Part shown: positions 17,816-28,418 of the stretch, piece after piece
How the letters are laid out: each line of letters begins with the position of its first letter
Numbering within the stretch: the stretch's first letter is position 1
Notes under the pieces: generated by a model
The model's input: the letters and a program-made list of their open reading frames with translations, nothing else
The model's database searches: none
Told to the model about the DNA's origin: nothing
Program-made: the position numbers and the translations under genes
Source: Parasynechococcus marenigrum WH 8102
Lineage (GTDB): Bacteria; Cyanobacteriota; Cyanobacteriia; PCC-6307; Cyanobiaceae
Direction of reading: 5' to 3'
DNA length: 32,000 nt
Assembly (NCBI RefSeq): GCF_000195975.1
Contig: NC_005070.1
Location: 1,560,001 to 1,592,000 of the forward strand

Positions 17816-19222
17816 TTGACCGCTTCCGCTTCAACCCTTGTGCCAGCTGCAAACGCGCAGAGCCGCGGCAGCTACTGGATCACCACCTTCGGCTGCCAGA
17901 TGAACAAGGCGGATTCCGAGCGGATGGCCGGGATCCTCGAGTCCATGGGGTATCGCGCAGCCAACGCCGAACTGGAGGCGGATCTGGTCCTCTACAACAC
18001 CTGCACGATCCGCGACAACGCCGAGCAGAAGGTTTACAGCTACCTCGGTCGACAGGCACAGCGCAAACGGCTGGATCCGAACCTCACCCTCATCGTGGCG
18101 GGATGTGTGGCCCAACAGGAAGGCGAATCACTGCTGCGGCGGGTGCCCGAACTCGACCTTGTGATGGGTCCCCAGCATGCGAATCGGTTGGAGGTGCTGC
18201 TCAACCGGGTGGACAGCGGTCAGCAGGTGGTTGCTACTGAAGACCATCACATCCTTGAAGACATCACGACTGCACGGCGGGACAGCAGCATCTGCGGTTG
18301 GGTCAATGTGATTTACGGCTGCAACGAGAGATGCACTTATTGCGTGGTGCCCTCAGTGCGTGGCAAGGAGCAATCACGGCTTCCTGAGGCCATCCGCTTG
18401 GAAATGGAAGGCCTTGCCGCCCAGGGTTACAAGGAGATCACCCTGTTGGGACAAAACATCGATGCCTACGGACGAGATCTCCCGGGGATCACACCGGAGG
18501 GGCGCCGGCAACACACGCTGACGGACCTCCTGCATCAGGTCCATGACGTGAGCGGTATCAAGCGCATCCGCTTCGCCACCAGTCATCCGCGTTATTTCAC
18601 AGAGCGGCTGATCGATGCCTGCGCCGACCTTCCCAAGCTTTGCGAGCACTTCCATATCCCCTTCCAAAGCGGCGACAACGACGTCCTGAGGGCCATGGCC
18701 CGTGGCTACACCGTGGAGCGCTATCGAAGGATCATTGACCGCATCCGTGAGCGCATGCCCGATGCCTCGTTGAGTGCGGACGTGATCGTGGCCTTCCCAG
18801 GTGAAACAGACCTCCAGTACCAGCGCACCCTGGATCTGATCGAGGAGATCGGCTTCGACCAGGTGAACACCGCGGCCTACTCGCCGCGGCCCAACACCCC
18901 TGCGGCAACCTGGGACAACCAATTGCCGGAGGAGGTGAAGGTGATACGCCTCCAGACGATCAATGCCCTGGTGGAACGCTGCGCCCGTGAGCGCAACGCG
19001 CGGTATGCAGGCCGCACCGAGGAAGTGCTAGCGGAGGGCATCAACCCCAAGGATCCCAGCCAGCTGATGGGGCGAACACGCACCAACCGACTGACCTTTT
19101 TCCAGGCAGCAGGCCCTGATGGTCATCAACACAATCCAGGTGATCTGGTGAACGTCCGCATCGACGCGGTCCGATCGTTCTCGTTAAGCGGAACCCCCCT
19201 GCCCTGCGTCGAACAACGCTGA
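17816..19222 (+). CDS. miaB: tRNA-i6A37 methylthiotransferase
   Basis: Motifs 'TFGCQMN', radical-SAM '[11 protein letters not shown]' and a C-terminal TRAM domain. Only a TTG start is available upstream of the conserved N-terminus. Confidence 0.93.
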   Translation: MTASASTLVPAANAQSRGSYWITTFGCQMNKADSERMAGILESMGYRAANAELEADLVLYNTCTIRDNAEQKVYSYLGRQAQRKRLDPNLTLIVAGCVAQQEGESLLRRVPELDLVMGPQHANRLEVLLNRVDSGQQVVATEDHHILEDITTARRDSSICGWVNVIYGCNERCTYCVVPSVRGKEQSRLPEAIRLEMEGLAAQGYKEITLLGQNIDAYGRDLPGITPEGRRQHTLTDLLHQVHDVSGIKRIRFATSHPRYFTERLIDACADLPKLCEHFHIPFQSGDNDVLRAMARGYTVERYRRIIDRIRERMPDASLSADVIVAFPGETDLQYQRTLDLIEEIGFDQVNTAAYSPRPNTPAATWDNQLPEEVKVIRLQTINALVERCARERNARYAGRTEEVLAEGINPKDPSQLMGRTRTNRLTFFQAAGPDGHQHNPGDLVNVRIDAVRSFSLSGTPLPCVEQR

Positions 19223-19258
19223 TACCTTTGGCGCCTCAGTGCGGGGTTGTTCCAGGCG

Positions 19259-20320
19259 ATGTCATCCAGCCCCACCACGGTCGGTGTTGTCTTCGGCGGC
19301 TGCTCCGGTGAGCACGATGTGTCGATCCGGTCCGCACAAACGGTTGCCAAAGGCTTGACCCTTGGCGCCAACCGTGAGCGTTATCGGGTGGTCCTCGTTT
19401 ACATCGATCGCGACGGACGTTGGTGGGGCCCCGATCTCGCCGGGAAGGTTCTCAGCAGCGGCTGTCCTCCAGCCGACTCGGATCTCCCCCAACCGCTACC
19501 TGCCCCCGGGTTCCGCGGCCTGCCGGCAGGCACCGATGTTGTTGCGGTCTGGTACCCGGTTCTGCATGGACCGAACGGGGAAGACGGCACGATTCAGGGG
19601 CTGTTCGAACTGATGCAGCAGCCCTACGTCGGTGCCGGGGTTCTTGGTTCAGCGGTGAGCATGGACAAACAGGCCATGAAAGCTGCCCTGGCAGGTGCGG
19701 GTCTCGCTCAGGTGCCCTACGTCTGCGCACAGGCAGACGAGCTCAGCGATGCTGCCCGCCAGGAAGCACTTCTGAAAAGAATCGAGTCCGGCCTGTGCTA
19801 CCCCTGCTTCATCAAGCCCGCCAATCTGGGCTCGTCGGTGGGCATCAGCAAAGCCCGGAACCGTGAGGAGCTCATCCATGGGTTGAGATTGGCCGCAACG
19901 CTTGATCCACGCCTCGTGGTGGAACAGGGGGTGCAAGCCCGAGAACTGGAATGCGCTGTCCTCGGTGGGACAACCCTGCGAGCCTCCGTGGTGGGGGAAG
20001 TTCGTTTCGATGCGGATTGGTACGACTACGAGACCAAATACACCGATGGCCGCAGCACCACGCTGATTCCAGCCCCTTTGCCTGACGGCATTGTCGAGGC
20101 GATCCGGAGCCAGTCCATCCAGGCCTGCGCTGCCGTGGGCGTTACGGGGATGGCCAGGGTGGACTTCTTCTACGACGACAGCAGAGACAGGGTTTGGCTG
20201 AATGAGATCAACACCCTGCCCGGTTTCACCTCCCAGAGCATGTACCCCATGCTCTGGGAGGCCTCTGGCGTAACACTCGAACAGCTCGTGCACGAACTGC
20301 TCGAAAGCGCAGGACAATGA
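19259..20320 (+). CDS. ddl: D-alanine--D-alanine ligase
   Basis: Motifs '[18 protein letters not shown]', '[12 protein letters not shown]' and '[10 protein letters not shown]'. ATG 19259. Confidence 0.95.
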   Translation: MSSSPTTVGVVFGGCSGEHDVSIRSAQTVAKGLTLGANRERYRVVLVYIDRDGRWWGPDLAGKVLSSGCPPADSDLPQPLPAPGFRGLPAGTDVVAVWYPVLHGPNGEDGTIQGLFELMQQPYVGAGVLGSAVSMDKQAMKAALAGAGLAQVPYVCAQADELSDAARQEALLKRIESGLCYPCFIKPANLGSSVGISKARNREELIHGLRLAATLDPRLVVEQGVQARELECAVLGGTTLRASVVGEVRFDADWYDYETKYTDGRSTTLIPAPLPDGIVEAIRSQSIQACAAVGVTGMARVDFFYDDSRDRVWLNEINTLPGFTSQSMYPMLWEASGVTLEQLVHELLESAGQ

Positions 20321-20351
20321 AGCGTCGAATCCTGCTGATCAGGAGTGAGCG

Positions 20352-20762
20352 ATGAGCCACGGTCTGCTCTGGTTTCCGTTGCTGCTGGCATTTGTGCTCT
20401 TGGCCGCACTGGGCTGGCTTGAACGACGCCGCCAGTCCCTGTTCCGCACCTGGGCCGAGGGGGCTGAATTGGTCAAACTCGATGGCTGCGGTGGTGCTCA
20501 GCTCAAGGACGGTCGCCTGGTCTGGTGTCGCTTCGAAGCCGGCAAATTCCAGGATCAGGGCGACTTTGACGTTTGCCGACTGGAACTGGTGGAACTGATG
20601 GCGCTGGCGTCGGGCGATGCTCCACTGACGGTTGAATCGCAAGGTCCCTGCCGACTGCGGCTGGTGGGAACGGACCTGCAGATGGATGTTCCTTTCTCCG
20701 ATGCAGATCAGGCCCGTAGCTGGGGTGATCAACTTATGGCGCGTGCCCGCTGCGATCTTTGA
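20352..20762 (+). CDS. Hypothetical membrane protein (136 aa) in the division cluster
   Basis: ATG 20352 with AGGAG at 20341-20345. One N-terminal TM 'LLWFPLLLAFVLLAALGWL'. The stop overlaps the ftsQ start. Confidence 0.6.
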   Translation: MSHGLLWFPLLLAFVLLAALGWLERRRQSLFRTWAEGAELVKLDGCGGAQLKDGRLVWCRFEAGKFQDQGDFDVCRLELVELMALASGDAPLTVESQGPCRLRLVGTDLQMDVPFSDADQARSWGDQLMARARCDL

Positions 20763-21562
20763 AGTCCGTTTCTCCTCAGCTGGAACGCCGGCGGGCTCTG
20801 CGCCGTCAGAAACGCATTCAATTTCTCATCTACACCTGGCGCACTTTGTCTTTGCTCAGTCTGAGCACCGTCCTTGGTTGGTCACTGCTGCGCTTCGGCT
20901 GGACCTTAAAAGGATCCGATCAGGTGGTGGTCCGTGGAGATACAACCTTCAACTCAACAATTGTTTCCGAGGTCGCACAGTTCAATTTTCCGCAACTGCT
21001 ATGGGAGATCAACCCATCCGAACTGGAACAAACGTTGCGAGAGAACCTCCCGATTCAGTCGGTCCAGGTGAGTCGACACATGCTGCCAACTCGCTTGGAG
21101 GTCGCCTTGGTGGATCAGACTCCTGTGGCGCAGGCGTTCCGCCAGCAACCCGGCGGCCTTGAAGCCGGCTACGTCGATGCCGAGGGCCACTGGATTCGGA
21201 TCAATCCAGCGGCACCAGCAGCCGTCCCGATCACAGCCATCACGGTCAAAGGTTGGACCCCAGAGCGCCGGTCGCTGATTGCGGCTTTGCTTCAGCAGAA
21301 CAATCGGCTCAACGACCAACTCCGGACCATCACCCTTCATCCGGATGGCGCCGTCAGTCTTCGCCATCGAAGGCTCGGACACATTGACCTTGGCGATGAC
21401 CACCACCTGTTGACGCAACAGGTGGACGCGATCGTTGGACTGAATCAATCCATGCCACCGCATCTGCTGCAAGCCAACGGAGCCGTGATCGACCTGAGCA
21501 ACTTCAGACGGCCGGAGATTCAAATTCCGATCAAGCCCCCTGCCAATACGATGAACAACTGA
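20759..21562 (+). CDS. ftsQ: Cell division protein FtsQ
   Basis: Arg-rich N-terminus, single TM 'LSLLSLSTVLGW', a POTRA-like segment, and a position directly upstream of ftsZ. TTG start inferred, because no ATG precedes the TM. Confidence 0.8.
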   Translation: MKSVSPQLERRRALRRQKRIQFLIYTWRTLSLLSLSTVLGWSLLRFGWTLKGSDQVVVRGDTTFNSTIVSEVAQFNFPQLLWEINPSELEQTLRENLPIQSVQVSRHMLPTRLEVALVDQTPVAQAFRQQPGGLEAGYVDAEGHWIRINPAAPAAVPITAITVKGWTPERRSLIAALLQQNNRLNDQLRTITLHPDGAVSLRHRRLGHIDLGDDHHLLTQQVDAIVGLNQSMPPHLLQANGAVIDLSNFRRPEIQIPIKPPANTMNN

Positions 21563-21619
21563 CGACCATCAACAGCGTTTGCAGCAGAATCGCAGACGGT
21601 TCAGTCCTTGAGAGACATA

Positions 21620-22765
21620 ATGCAGCCAATCCAACACAGATCGGCCTCGACGATGGAGATGGGGAGCGGTACATCGTTTGATGCCACGGGGATCCAGCCC
21701 AGCCAGAACGCCAAGATTGAGGTCATCGGGGTTGGGGGTGGCGGCAGCAATGCCGTCAACAGGATGATCCTCAGTGATCTGGAGGGTGTTGCTTATCGCG
21801 TGCTCAACACCGATGCCCAGGCCCTGATCCAATCCCAGGCTCAGCATCGTCTTCAACTCGGCCAAACCCTCACCCGAGGCCTGGGGGCTGGGGGTAACCC
21901 CACCATCGGTCAGAAGGCCGCCGAAGAGTCCCGAACAGACCTCCACGACGCCCTTCAGGGTTCCGATCTGGTGTTCATCGCTGCGGGTATGGGTGGCGGA
22001 ACCGGAACGGGTGCCGCCCCCGTGGTTGCGGAGGTCGCCCGTGAGGTCGGAGCCCTCACCGTGGGAATCGTGACCAAACCCTTTGGTTTTGAAGGCCGCC
22101 GCCGCATGCGCCAGGCCGATGAAGGCATCGCCCGCTTGGCGGAACACGTGGATACCTTGATTGTGATTCCCAACGATCGTTTGCGGGAAGCGATCGCCGG
22201 GGCTCCGCTTCAGGAGGCCTTCCGCAGTGCCGATGACGTGCTTCGGATGGGTGTGAAAGGCATCAGCGACATCATCACGTGCCCCGGTTTGGTGAACGTC
22301 GACTTCGCTGACGTGCGTTCCGTGATGACGGAAGCAGGAACAGCATTGCTAGGCATCGGCATTGGATCCGGCCGCTCAAGGGCGGTTGAGGCCGCGCAAG
22401 CTGCCATCAGCAGCCCGTTACTTGAAACCGAGCGAATCGATGGTGCCAAGGGCTGTGTGATCAACATCAGCGGCGGCCGTGACATGACCCTCGAGGACAT
22501 GACCACCGCCTCTGAAGTGATCTACGACGTGGTGGACCCAGAAGCCAACATCATTGTTGGTGCTGTGGTGGATGAAGCCCTAGAAGGCGAAATCCACGTC
22601 ACCGTAATCGCCACGGGATTTGATCAGGGTCAGCAGTACCGCAGTGACCGCAGCAGTGCCAGCGGCCTTCCAGTTCAGCCCCAACGGAGCGCGATTGAAG
22701 AGAACGGTGCCCGCATCCCCGAGTTTCTTAGGCAGCGTCAGCAACAAACCAACGATCCGACCTGA
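21620..22765 (+). CDS. ftsZ: Cell division GTPase FtsZ
   Basis: Motifs '[15 protein letters not shown]', tubulin signature '[12 protein letters not shown]' and 'NVDFADV'. ATG 21620. Confidence 0.96.
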   Translation: MQPIQHRSASTMEMGSGTSFDATGIQPSQNAKIEVIGVGGGGSNAVNRMILSDLEGVAYRVLNTDAQALIQSQAQHRLQLGQTLTRGLGAGGNPTIGQKAAEESRTDLHDALQGSDLVFIAAGMGGGTGTGAAPVVAEVAREVGALTVGIVTKPFGFEGRRRMRQADEGIARLAEHVDTLIVIPNDRLREAIAGAPLQEAFRSADDVLRMGVKGISDIITCPGLVNVDFADVRSVMTEAGTALLGIGIGSGRSRAVEAAQAAISSPLLETERIDGAKGCVINISGGRDMTLEDMTTASEVIYDVVDPEANIIVGAVVDEALEGEIHVTVIATGFDQGQQYRSDRSSASGLPVQPQRSAIEENGARIPEFLRQRQQQTNDPT

Positions 22766-22909
22766 AGGAGTTGGGTGACCCGGAGTCCACGCCTGCTCTG
22801 AGCATCCCGTGTGGCTGCTCCCTTCCGGTCCTGACCAGATTTGGGCGTCCGAGCCGCATGGCCCGAGTCCCCTTGATGCTAGCAATGAGCTCTGTGGCCT
22901 TCAGAGCCC

Positions 22910-23713
22910 GTGCGTCCAGCTGATCTGATCCGACAGAAGCAGAACGGTCGAACGATCACGATCCTCACGGCCTGGGACAGTCTCTCTGCGGCCCTGGTGG
23001 AAGCCGCTGGCGCGGATGCTGTTTTGGTGGGGGACTCCCTGGCGATGGTGGCCCTGGGACATGCCACCACCCTGCCGGTGACCCTCGATCAGATGCGGCA
23101 CCACACCCTTGCGGTCAGCCGCGGATTCGCCGCAGCTCCCTCCAAGCAACCGCTGTTGATCTGCGACCTTCCCTTCCTCAGCTATCAATGCGGGGCAGAC
23201 CTCGCCGTTCAGGCCGCAGGAACGCTGTTGAAGGAAACACCCGCTGCCGCCGTCAAGCTCGAGGGGGCCGAGGCTGAGGTCCTGGCCGTGATCGACCGGC
23301 TGGTGCGGATGGGGATTCCAGTCATGGGCCATTTGGGACTGACGCCGCAGGCGGTGCATCGTCTTGGCTACCGGCGGCAAGCCGAAGATCCGGTGAGTCA
23401 GGAACGGCTGCTCACCCAGGCGATTGCCCTCGAGCAGGCGGGTTGCTTCGCGCTTGTGCTCGAGCATGTCCCCTCGGCTCTTGCTAGAGAGGTGCGACGA
23501 CGTCTCCTGATCCCTGTGATCGGCATCGGTGCTGGAGACGACTGCGATGGCCAGATCCGCGTCACCGCTGACCTGCTGGGCCTGACGGAGCAGCAACCAC
23601 CCTTCAGCCCGGCCCTGATTCCCGGGCAGCAGCTGTTTGTGGAGGCGCTGCGGACGTGGATTGCTGCACAGACTCCCACCACAACACCACCTCCAGCAAC
23701 ACCCGATTACTGA
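22910..23713 (+). CDS. panB: 3-methyl-2-oxobutanoate hydroxymethyltransferase
   Basis: Motifs '[12 protein letters not shown]', '[10 protein letters not shown]', 'VKLEGA' and 'GHLGLTPQ'. GTG start at 22910. Confidence 0.9.
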   Translation: MRPADLIRQKQNGRTITILTAWDSLSAALVEAAGADAVLVGDSLAMVALGHATTLPVTLDQMRHHTLAVSRGFAAAPSKQPLLICDLPFLSYQCGADLAVQAAGTLLKETPAAAVKLEGAEAEVLAVIDRLVRMGIPVMGHLGLTPQAVHRLGYRRQAEDPVSQERLLTQAIALEQAGCFALVLEHVPSALAREVRRRLLIPVIGIGAGDDCDGQIRVTADLLGLTEQQPPFSPALIPGQQLFVEALRTWIAAQTPTTTPPPATPDY

Positions 23714-24827
23714 GGGCCATCCCCTCCGGATCCCTGAGTTGCCAGCGACCGGAGCACTTCTGCAGCAGTCCCTGCTCCAGAAACGGTCGCCAGCGCTCCT
23801 CCAAAGCCTGACCATCGCGACCTGTCAGAACAACCCCTTCACGACGCCGCAATCCCACGAGCAACAGCTCGTCGAGAGGCATGCCAGAGCCAGCGTTGAG
23901 CGGTGGAGGTGCCTCAAGCCAGCGGCGATAGGCCTCCCGAGTTCGGGGGCGTGCAAGCCGTTCCCCCCTGACAGCTGAGGTGGCCCCCATACCGAAGCCC
24001 CACCAGCCGGCACCACTCCAGTACACGCGGTTATGGCGGGAGGCATGGCCGGGTCGGGCATGGTTGGAGATCTCGTAGCGGCTCAATCCAGCTGCGGCCA
24101 GCCGTGCACTGGTGTGGGCCATCAAGCGCACCGCCAGGTCTTCCTCCGGCAGGTCCAGCTCCGCCCGCTCAGCCCTGCGGGCAAAAACCGTGCCTGGCTC
24201 AACGGACAGGTCATAGACCGAGAGATGCGGGGCCTGACTGCCGATGGCCTGGTCCAGCTGGTCGTCCCAGTGCTCAAAGGTTTGACCCGGCAGGTTCTGA
24301 ATCAGATCAAGACTCCAGCTCTGCAGATCCCCGTCTTGATGGGCCGCATGCATCCAGCGGCAGGCCTCCAGCAGATCAGCCCGTCGATGACGCCGGCCGA
24401 GGTCGATCAGAACAGCATCATCAAAACTCTGGCCACCCAGGCTGATGCGGTTCACCCCCGCAGCAAGCACCGCCACGAGTTGGGCCTGATCAAAGCTGGC
24501 GGGATCCATCTCAAGGGTGATTTCCGCACCCGGCTGCAGACCGAACTGTCGACGCAGGGCCGCCAACAGTTCGGCGATCTGATCCGCTGTCAGCAGGGAG
24601 GGAGTGCCACCACCGATGTAGACCGTCGACAAGGGCGGACCGCTTGCGGCGGAGGCGATCTCGCGATGAAGCAACCGCAGGTAATCCTCAATGGAGCGGC
24701 TGCCGGGGCCCTCCCTTGCGTCCACGCGATCCCCCAGCGGCACCACAGCGAAATCGCAGTAGTAACAACGACGATGGCAAAAAGGAATGTGGAGATAGGC
24801 GCTGCGGGGCGGTGGTGGATAGGGCAT
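23604..24827 (-). CDS. hemW: Radical-SAM HemN-like protein / heme chaperone HemW
   Basis: Motif '[16 protein letters not shown]' (CxxxCxxC) with HemN C-terminal domain layout. ATG 24827. Confidence 0.9.
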   Translation of the reverse strand: MPYPPPPRSAYLHIPFCHRRCYYCDFAVVPLGDRVDAREGPGSRSIEDYLRLLHREIASAASGPPLSTVYIGGGTPSLLTADQIAELLAALRRQFGLQPGAEITLEMDPASFDQAQLVAVLAAGVNRISLGGQSFDDAVLIDLGRRHRRADLLEACRWMHAAHQDGDLQSWSLDLIQNLPGQTFEHWDDQLDQAIGSQAPHLSVYDLSVEPGTVFARRAERAELDLPEEDLAVRLMAHTSARLAAAGLSRYEISNHARPGHASRHNRVYWSGAGWWGFGMGATSAVRGERLARPRTREAYRRWLEAPPPLNAGSGMPLDELLLVGLRRREGVVLTGRDGQALEERWRPFLEQGLLQKCSGRWQLRDPEGMALSNRVLLEVVLWWESVQQSTSAAPPQTAAARESGPG

Positions 24828-24866
24828 GCTGCGAACGTTCGACCTGAGCTGCCACGACCTGAGCCC

Positions 24867-26012
24867 ATGGTGGATCTGCTCATCCTGCTTCTATTCGTGG
24901 GGTCCGGCGCAGCCGCGGGATGGCTGGGCATTCATCTGCTGCCGGAGCAGCTGGTGAACCCGAACACGGATGCTGAGCAACTGCGGCTGATCCTGACCGC
25001 GGCCGGGGGAGGAGCGGGCCTGTTGGCCGGGCTGGTGTTCAAGCGGTTGCGGGTCCGCTTGATGCAGCAGGTGCGCACCATGCCGACGGACCTGCTGGTC
25101 AGTCGTGCAGTTGGCCTGATCCTGGGCCTGCTGGTCGCCAATCTGCTGCTGCTGCCGGTGCTGCTGCTGCCGTTTGCCGGCAGCGTTGTCTTGCTGAAGC
25201 CATTGCTGGCGGTGGTGAGCAATGTGTTCTTCGGAATCCTCGGCAGCAACCTGGCCGAGGTCCACGGACGGACCCTGCTGCGCCTGCTCAATCCAGCCAG
25301 CACCGAAGCCTTGCTGGTGGCGGACGGGGTGCTGACCCCAGCGACCGCCAAAATCCTCGACACCAGCGTGATCATCGACGGCCGCATCCGAGGAATGCTC
25401 GCCTGCGGACTGCTGGAAGGTCAGGTGATCGTCGCGGAAACTGTGATCAGCGAGATGCAGCAGCTCTCCGACTCCACCAACATCGAAAAGCGCGCTAAAG
25501 GCCGTCGCGGCCTGAAGTTGCTGAAGGATCTGCGCGAGACCTACGGCAGGCGTCTGGTGATCAACAGCACGCGGTACGACGGCAACGGCACGGACGATCG
25601 GCTGTTGCAACTGGCGGATGACACCGGTGGAACCCTGGTGACCGCTGACTTCAACCTGGCGCAGGTGGCCAGTGTCAAGAACCTCAAGGTGATGAACCTG
25701 AGTGAACTGGTGATCGCCCTGCGACCGGAGGTTCAGCCTGGTGACGAGCTCAATCTCAAGATCGTTCGCGAAGGCAAGGAGGAAAGCCAGGGGGTGGGCT
25801 ATCTGGACGACGGCACGATGGTGGTGGTCAACGACGCCAAGCCATTGATTGGGCAGCGAAAGCCTGTCGTCGTCACTGGAGCCCTGCAGACCCCCACCGG
25901 CCGGATGGTTTTCGCCCGTCTCGGCACCGGCACGACAGCCGCCGGTTCCAGGGTTAAGAGCAAGGGCAAACCGTCCAAAGCGAACAACCCCAAGGCCGAA
26001 GACCCCCGCTAG
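24867..26012 (+). CDS. Membrane-anchored PIN + TRAM domain protein (YacL-like)
   Basis: ATG 24867, internal to a 659-aa shadow-extended ORF. Several Leu-rich N-terminal TM segments, PIN 'ILDTSVIIDGRI' and C-terminal TRAM 'VGYLDDGTMVVV'. Confidence 0.85.
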   Translation: MVDLLILLLFVGSGAAAGWLGIHLLPEQLVNPNTDAEQLRLILTAAGGGAGLLAGLVFKRLRVRLMQQVRTMPTDLLVSRAVGLILGLLVANLLLLPVLLLPFAGSVVLLKPLLAVVSNVFFGILGSNLAEVHGRTLLRLLNPASTEALLVADGVLTPATAKILDTSVIIDGRIRGMLACGLLEGQVIVAETVISEMQQLSDSTNIEKRAKGRRGLKLLKDLRETYGRRLVINSTRYDGNGTDDRLLQLADDTGGTLVTADFNLAQVASVKNLKVMNLSELVIALRPEVQPGDELNLKIVREGKEESQGVGYLDDGTMVVVNDAKPLIGQRKPVVVTGALQTPTGRMVFARLGTGTTAAGSRVKSKGKPSKANNPKAEDPR

Positions 26013-26042
26013 GCTCCTGCCACACGAGTCGAGGCGCGGTAG

Positions 26043-26711
26043 ATGACGACATCAGCTCCCTATTACGGCGACAGCGCTGTGATGCGGACTCCTCCCCCAG
26101 ACCTTCCATCGCTGCTGCTCAAAGAGCGGATTGTGTACCTGGGGCTACCCCTCTTCTCTGACGACGACGCCAAGCGTCAGATGGGCATCGACGTGACCGA
26201 GCTGATCATTGCTCAGCTTCTGTTTCTGGAATTCGACAATCCTGAGAAACCCATTTATTTCTATATCAACTCCACCGGCACCAGCTGGTACTCAGGTGAC
26301 GCCATCGGCTTCGAAACTGAAGCCTTCGCCATCTGCGACACCCTTCGCTATGTCAAGCCGCCGGTGCACACCATTTGCATCGGTCAGGCCATGGGCACCG
26401 CAGCCGTGATTCTTTCCGCTGGCACTAAGGGACAGCGTGCAGCACTGCCCCATTCCTCGATCGTTCTGCATCAGCCCCGCAGCGGTGCTCAGGGTCAGGC
26501 AACGGATATTCAGATCCGTGCGAAAGAGGTTCTGCACAACAAGCAGGCCATGCTTGAAATTCTCTCCACCAACACCGGGCGTTCAGTTGAGGAGTTGAGC
26601 AAGGATTCCGACCGGATGAGCTACCTGACCCCAGCTCAAGCGGTGGAATACGGCTTGATCGACCGCGTGCTGAGCAGCCGCAAGGAGCTGCCGAACAGCC
26701 CCGCCGTCTGA
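26043..26711 (+). CDS. clpR: ClpR, catalytically inactive ClpP paralogue
   Basis: ClpP fold, but the Ser position reads 'GQAMGTAA' where the neighbour has 'GLAASMGA'. The Asp position reads 'DSDRMSYL' where the neighbour has 'DTDRDYFL'. Confidence 0.9.
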   Translation: MTTSAPYYGDSAVMRTPPPDLPSLLLKERIVYLGLPLFSDDDAKRQMGIDVTELIIAQLLFLEFDNPEKPIYFYINSTGTSWYSGDAIGFETEAFAICDTLRYVKPPVHTICIGQAMGTAAVILSAGTKGQRAALPHSSIVLHQPRSGAQGQATDIQIRAKEVLHNKQAMLEILSTNTGRSVEELSKDSDRMSYLTPAQAVEYGLIDRVLSSRKELPNSPAV

Positions 26712-26756
26712 CCCCCCCCTTTCTCGTTTTTCATTCGTTTCCCTCGTCTCTGAGCC

Positions 26757-27359
26757 ATGCCGATCGGTACTCCCAGCGTTCCCTACCGCCTCCCTGGCAG
26801 CCAGATGGAGCGCTGGGTTGACATCTACACCCGTTTGGGGGTGGAGCGGATCCTGTTCCTCGGTTCCGAAGTTAATGACGGCATCGCCAACAGCCTTGTG
26901 GCCCAGATGCTGTATCTCGATTCGGAAGACAGCAGCAAGCCGATCTACCTGTACATCAACTCTCCAGGCGGCTCAGTCACAGCCGGCCTGGCCATCTACG
27001 ACACCATCCAATATGTGAAGAGCGAGGTGGTGACCATCTGCGTAGGCCTAGCCGCCTCCATGGGCGCATTCCTTCTGGCAGCTGGCACCAAAGGCAAACG
27101 GGTCGCCTTGCCCCACAGCCGGATCATGATCCACCAGCCCCTGGGGGGCACCAGTCGCCGTCAGGCCAGCGACATCGAGATCGAGGCCCGCGAAATCCTG
27201 CGGATGAAGGAGATGCTCAACCGCTCCCTCTCCGACATGAGCGGCCAGAGCTTTGACAAGATTGAGAAGGATACGGACCGCGATTACTTCCTCAGTGCCG
27301 AGGAAGCCAAGGACTACGGCCTGATCGATCGGGTGATCTCCCACCCCAACGAAGCCTGA
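26757..27359 (+). CDS. clpP: ATP-dependent Clp protease proteolytic subunit
   Basis: Intact triad context: '[11 protein letters not shown]', 'IMIHQP' and 'DTDRDYF'. Confidence 0.95.
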   Translation: MPIGTPSVPYRLPGSQMERWVDIYTRLGVERILFLGSEVNDGIANSLVAQMLYLDSEDSSKPIYLYINSPGGSVTAGLAIYDTIQYVKSEVVTICVGLAASMGAFLLAAGTKGKRVALPHSRIMIHQPLGGTSRRQASDIEIEAREILRMKEMLNRSLSDMSGQSFDKIEKDTDRDYFLSAEEAKDYGLIDRVISHPNEA

Positions 27360-27382
27360 ACCTCGGGACGGCCACTTCGTAA

Positions 27383-28414
<1,032 letters not shown>

Positions 28415-28418
28415 AGCT

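Noticed and set aside
22858-22923. A 21-codon upstream ORF ([21 protein letters not shown]) overlapping the panB GTG start, as a possible leader peptide
   Set aside because: It has no ribosome-binding site and no attenuator-type structure or codon run. It is too easily produced by chance in a 144-nt spacer.
24867-26012. The PIN-domain protein as a toxin of a toxin-antitoxin module
   Set aside because: It is 381 aa with N-terminal TM helices and a C-terminal TRAM domain, the YacL-type housekeeping architecture. There is no small partner antitoxin gene.
28415-28418. A possible cobalamin riboswitch upstream of cbiB
   Set aside because: Only 4 nt separate the ilvC stop from the cbiB start, so no leader can exist.
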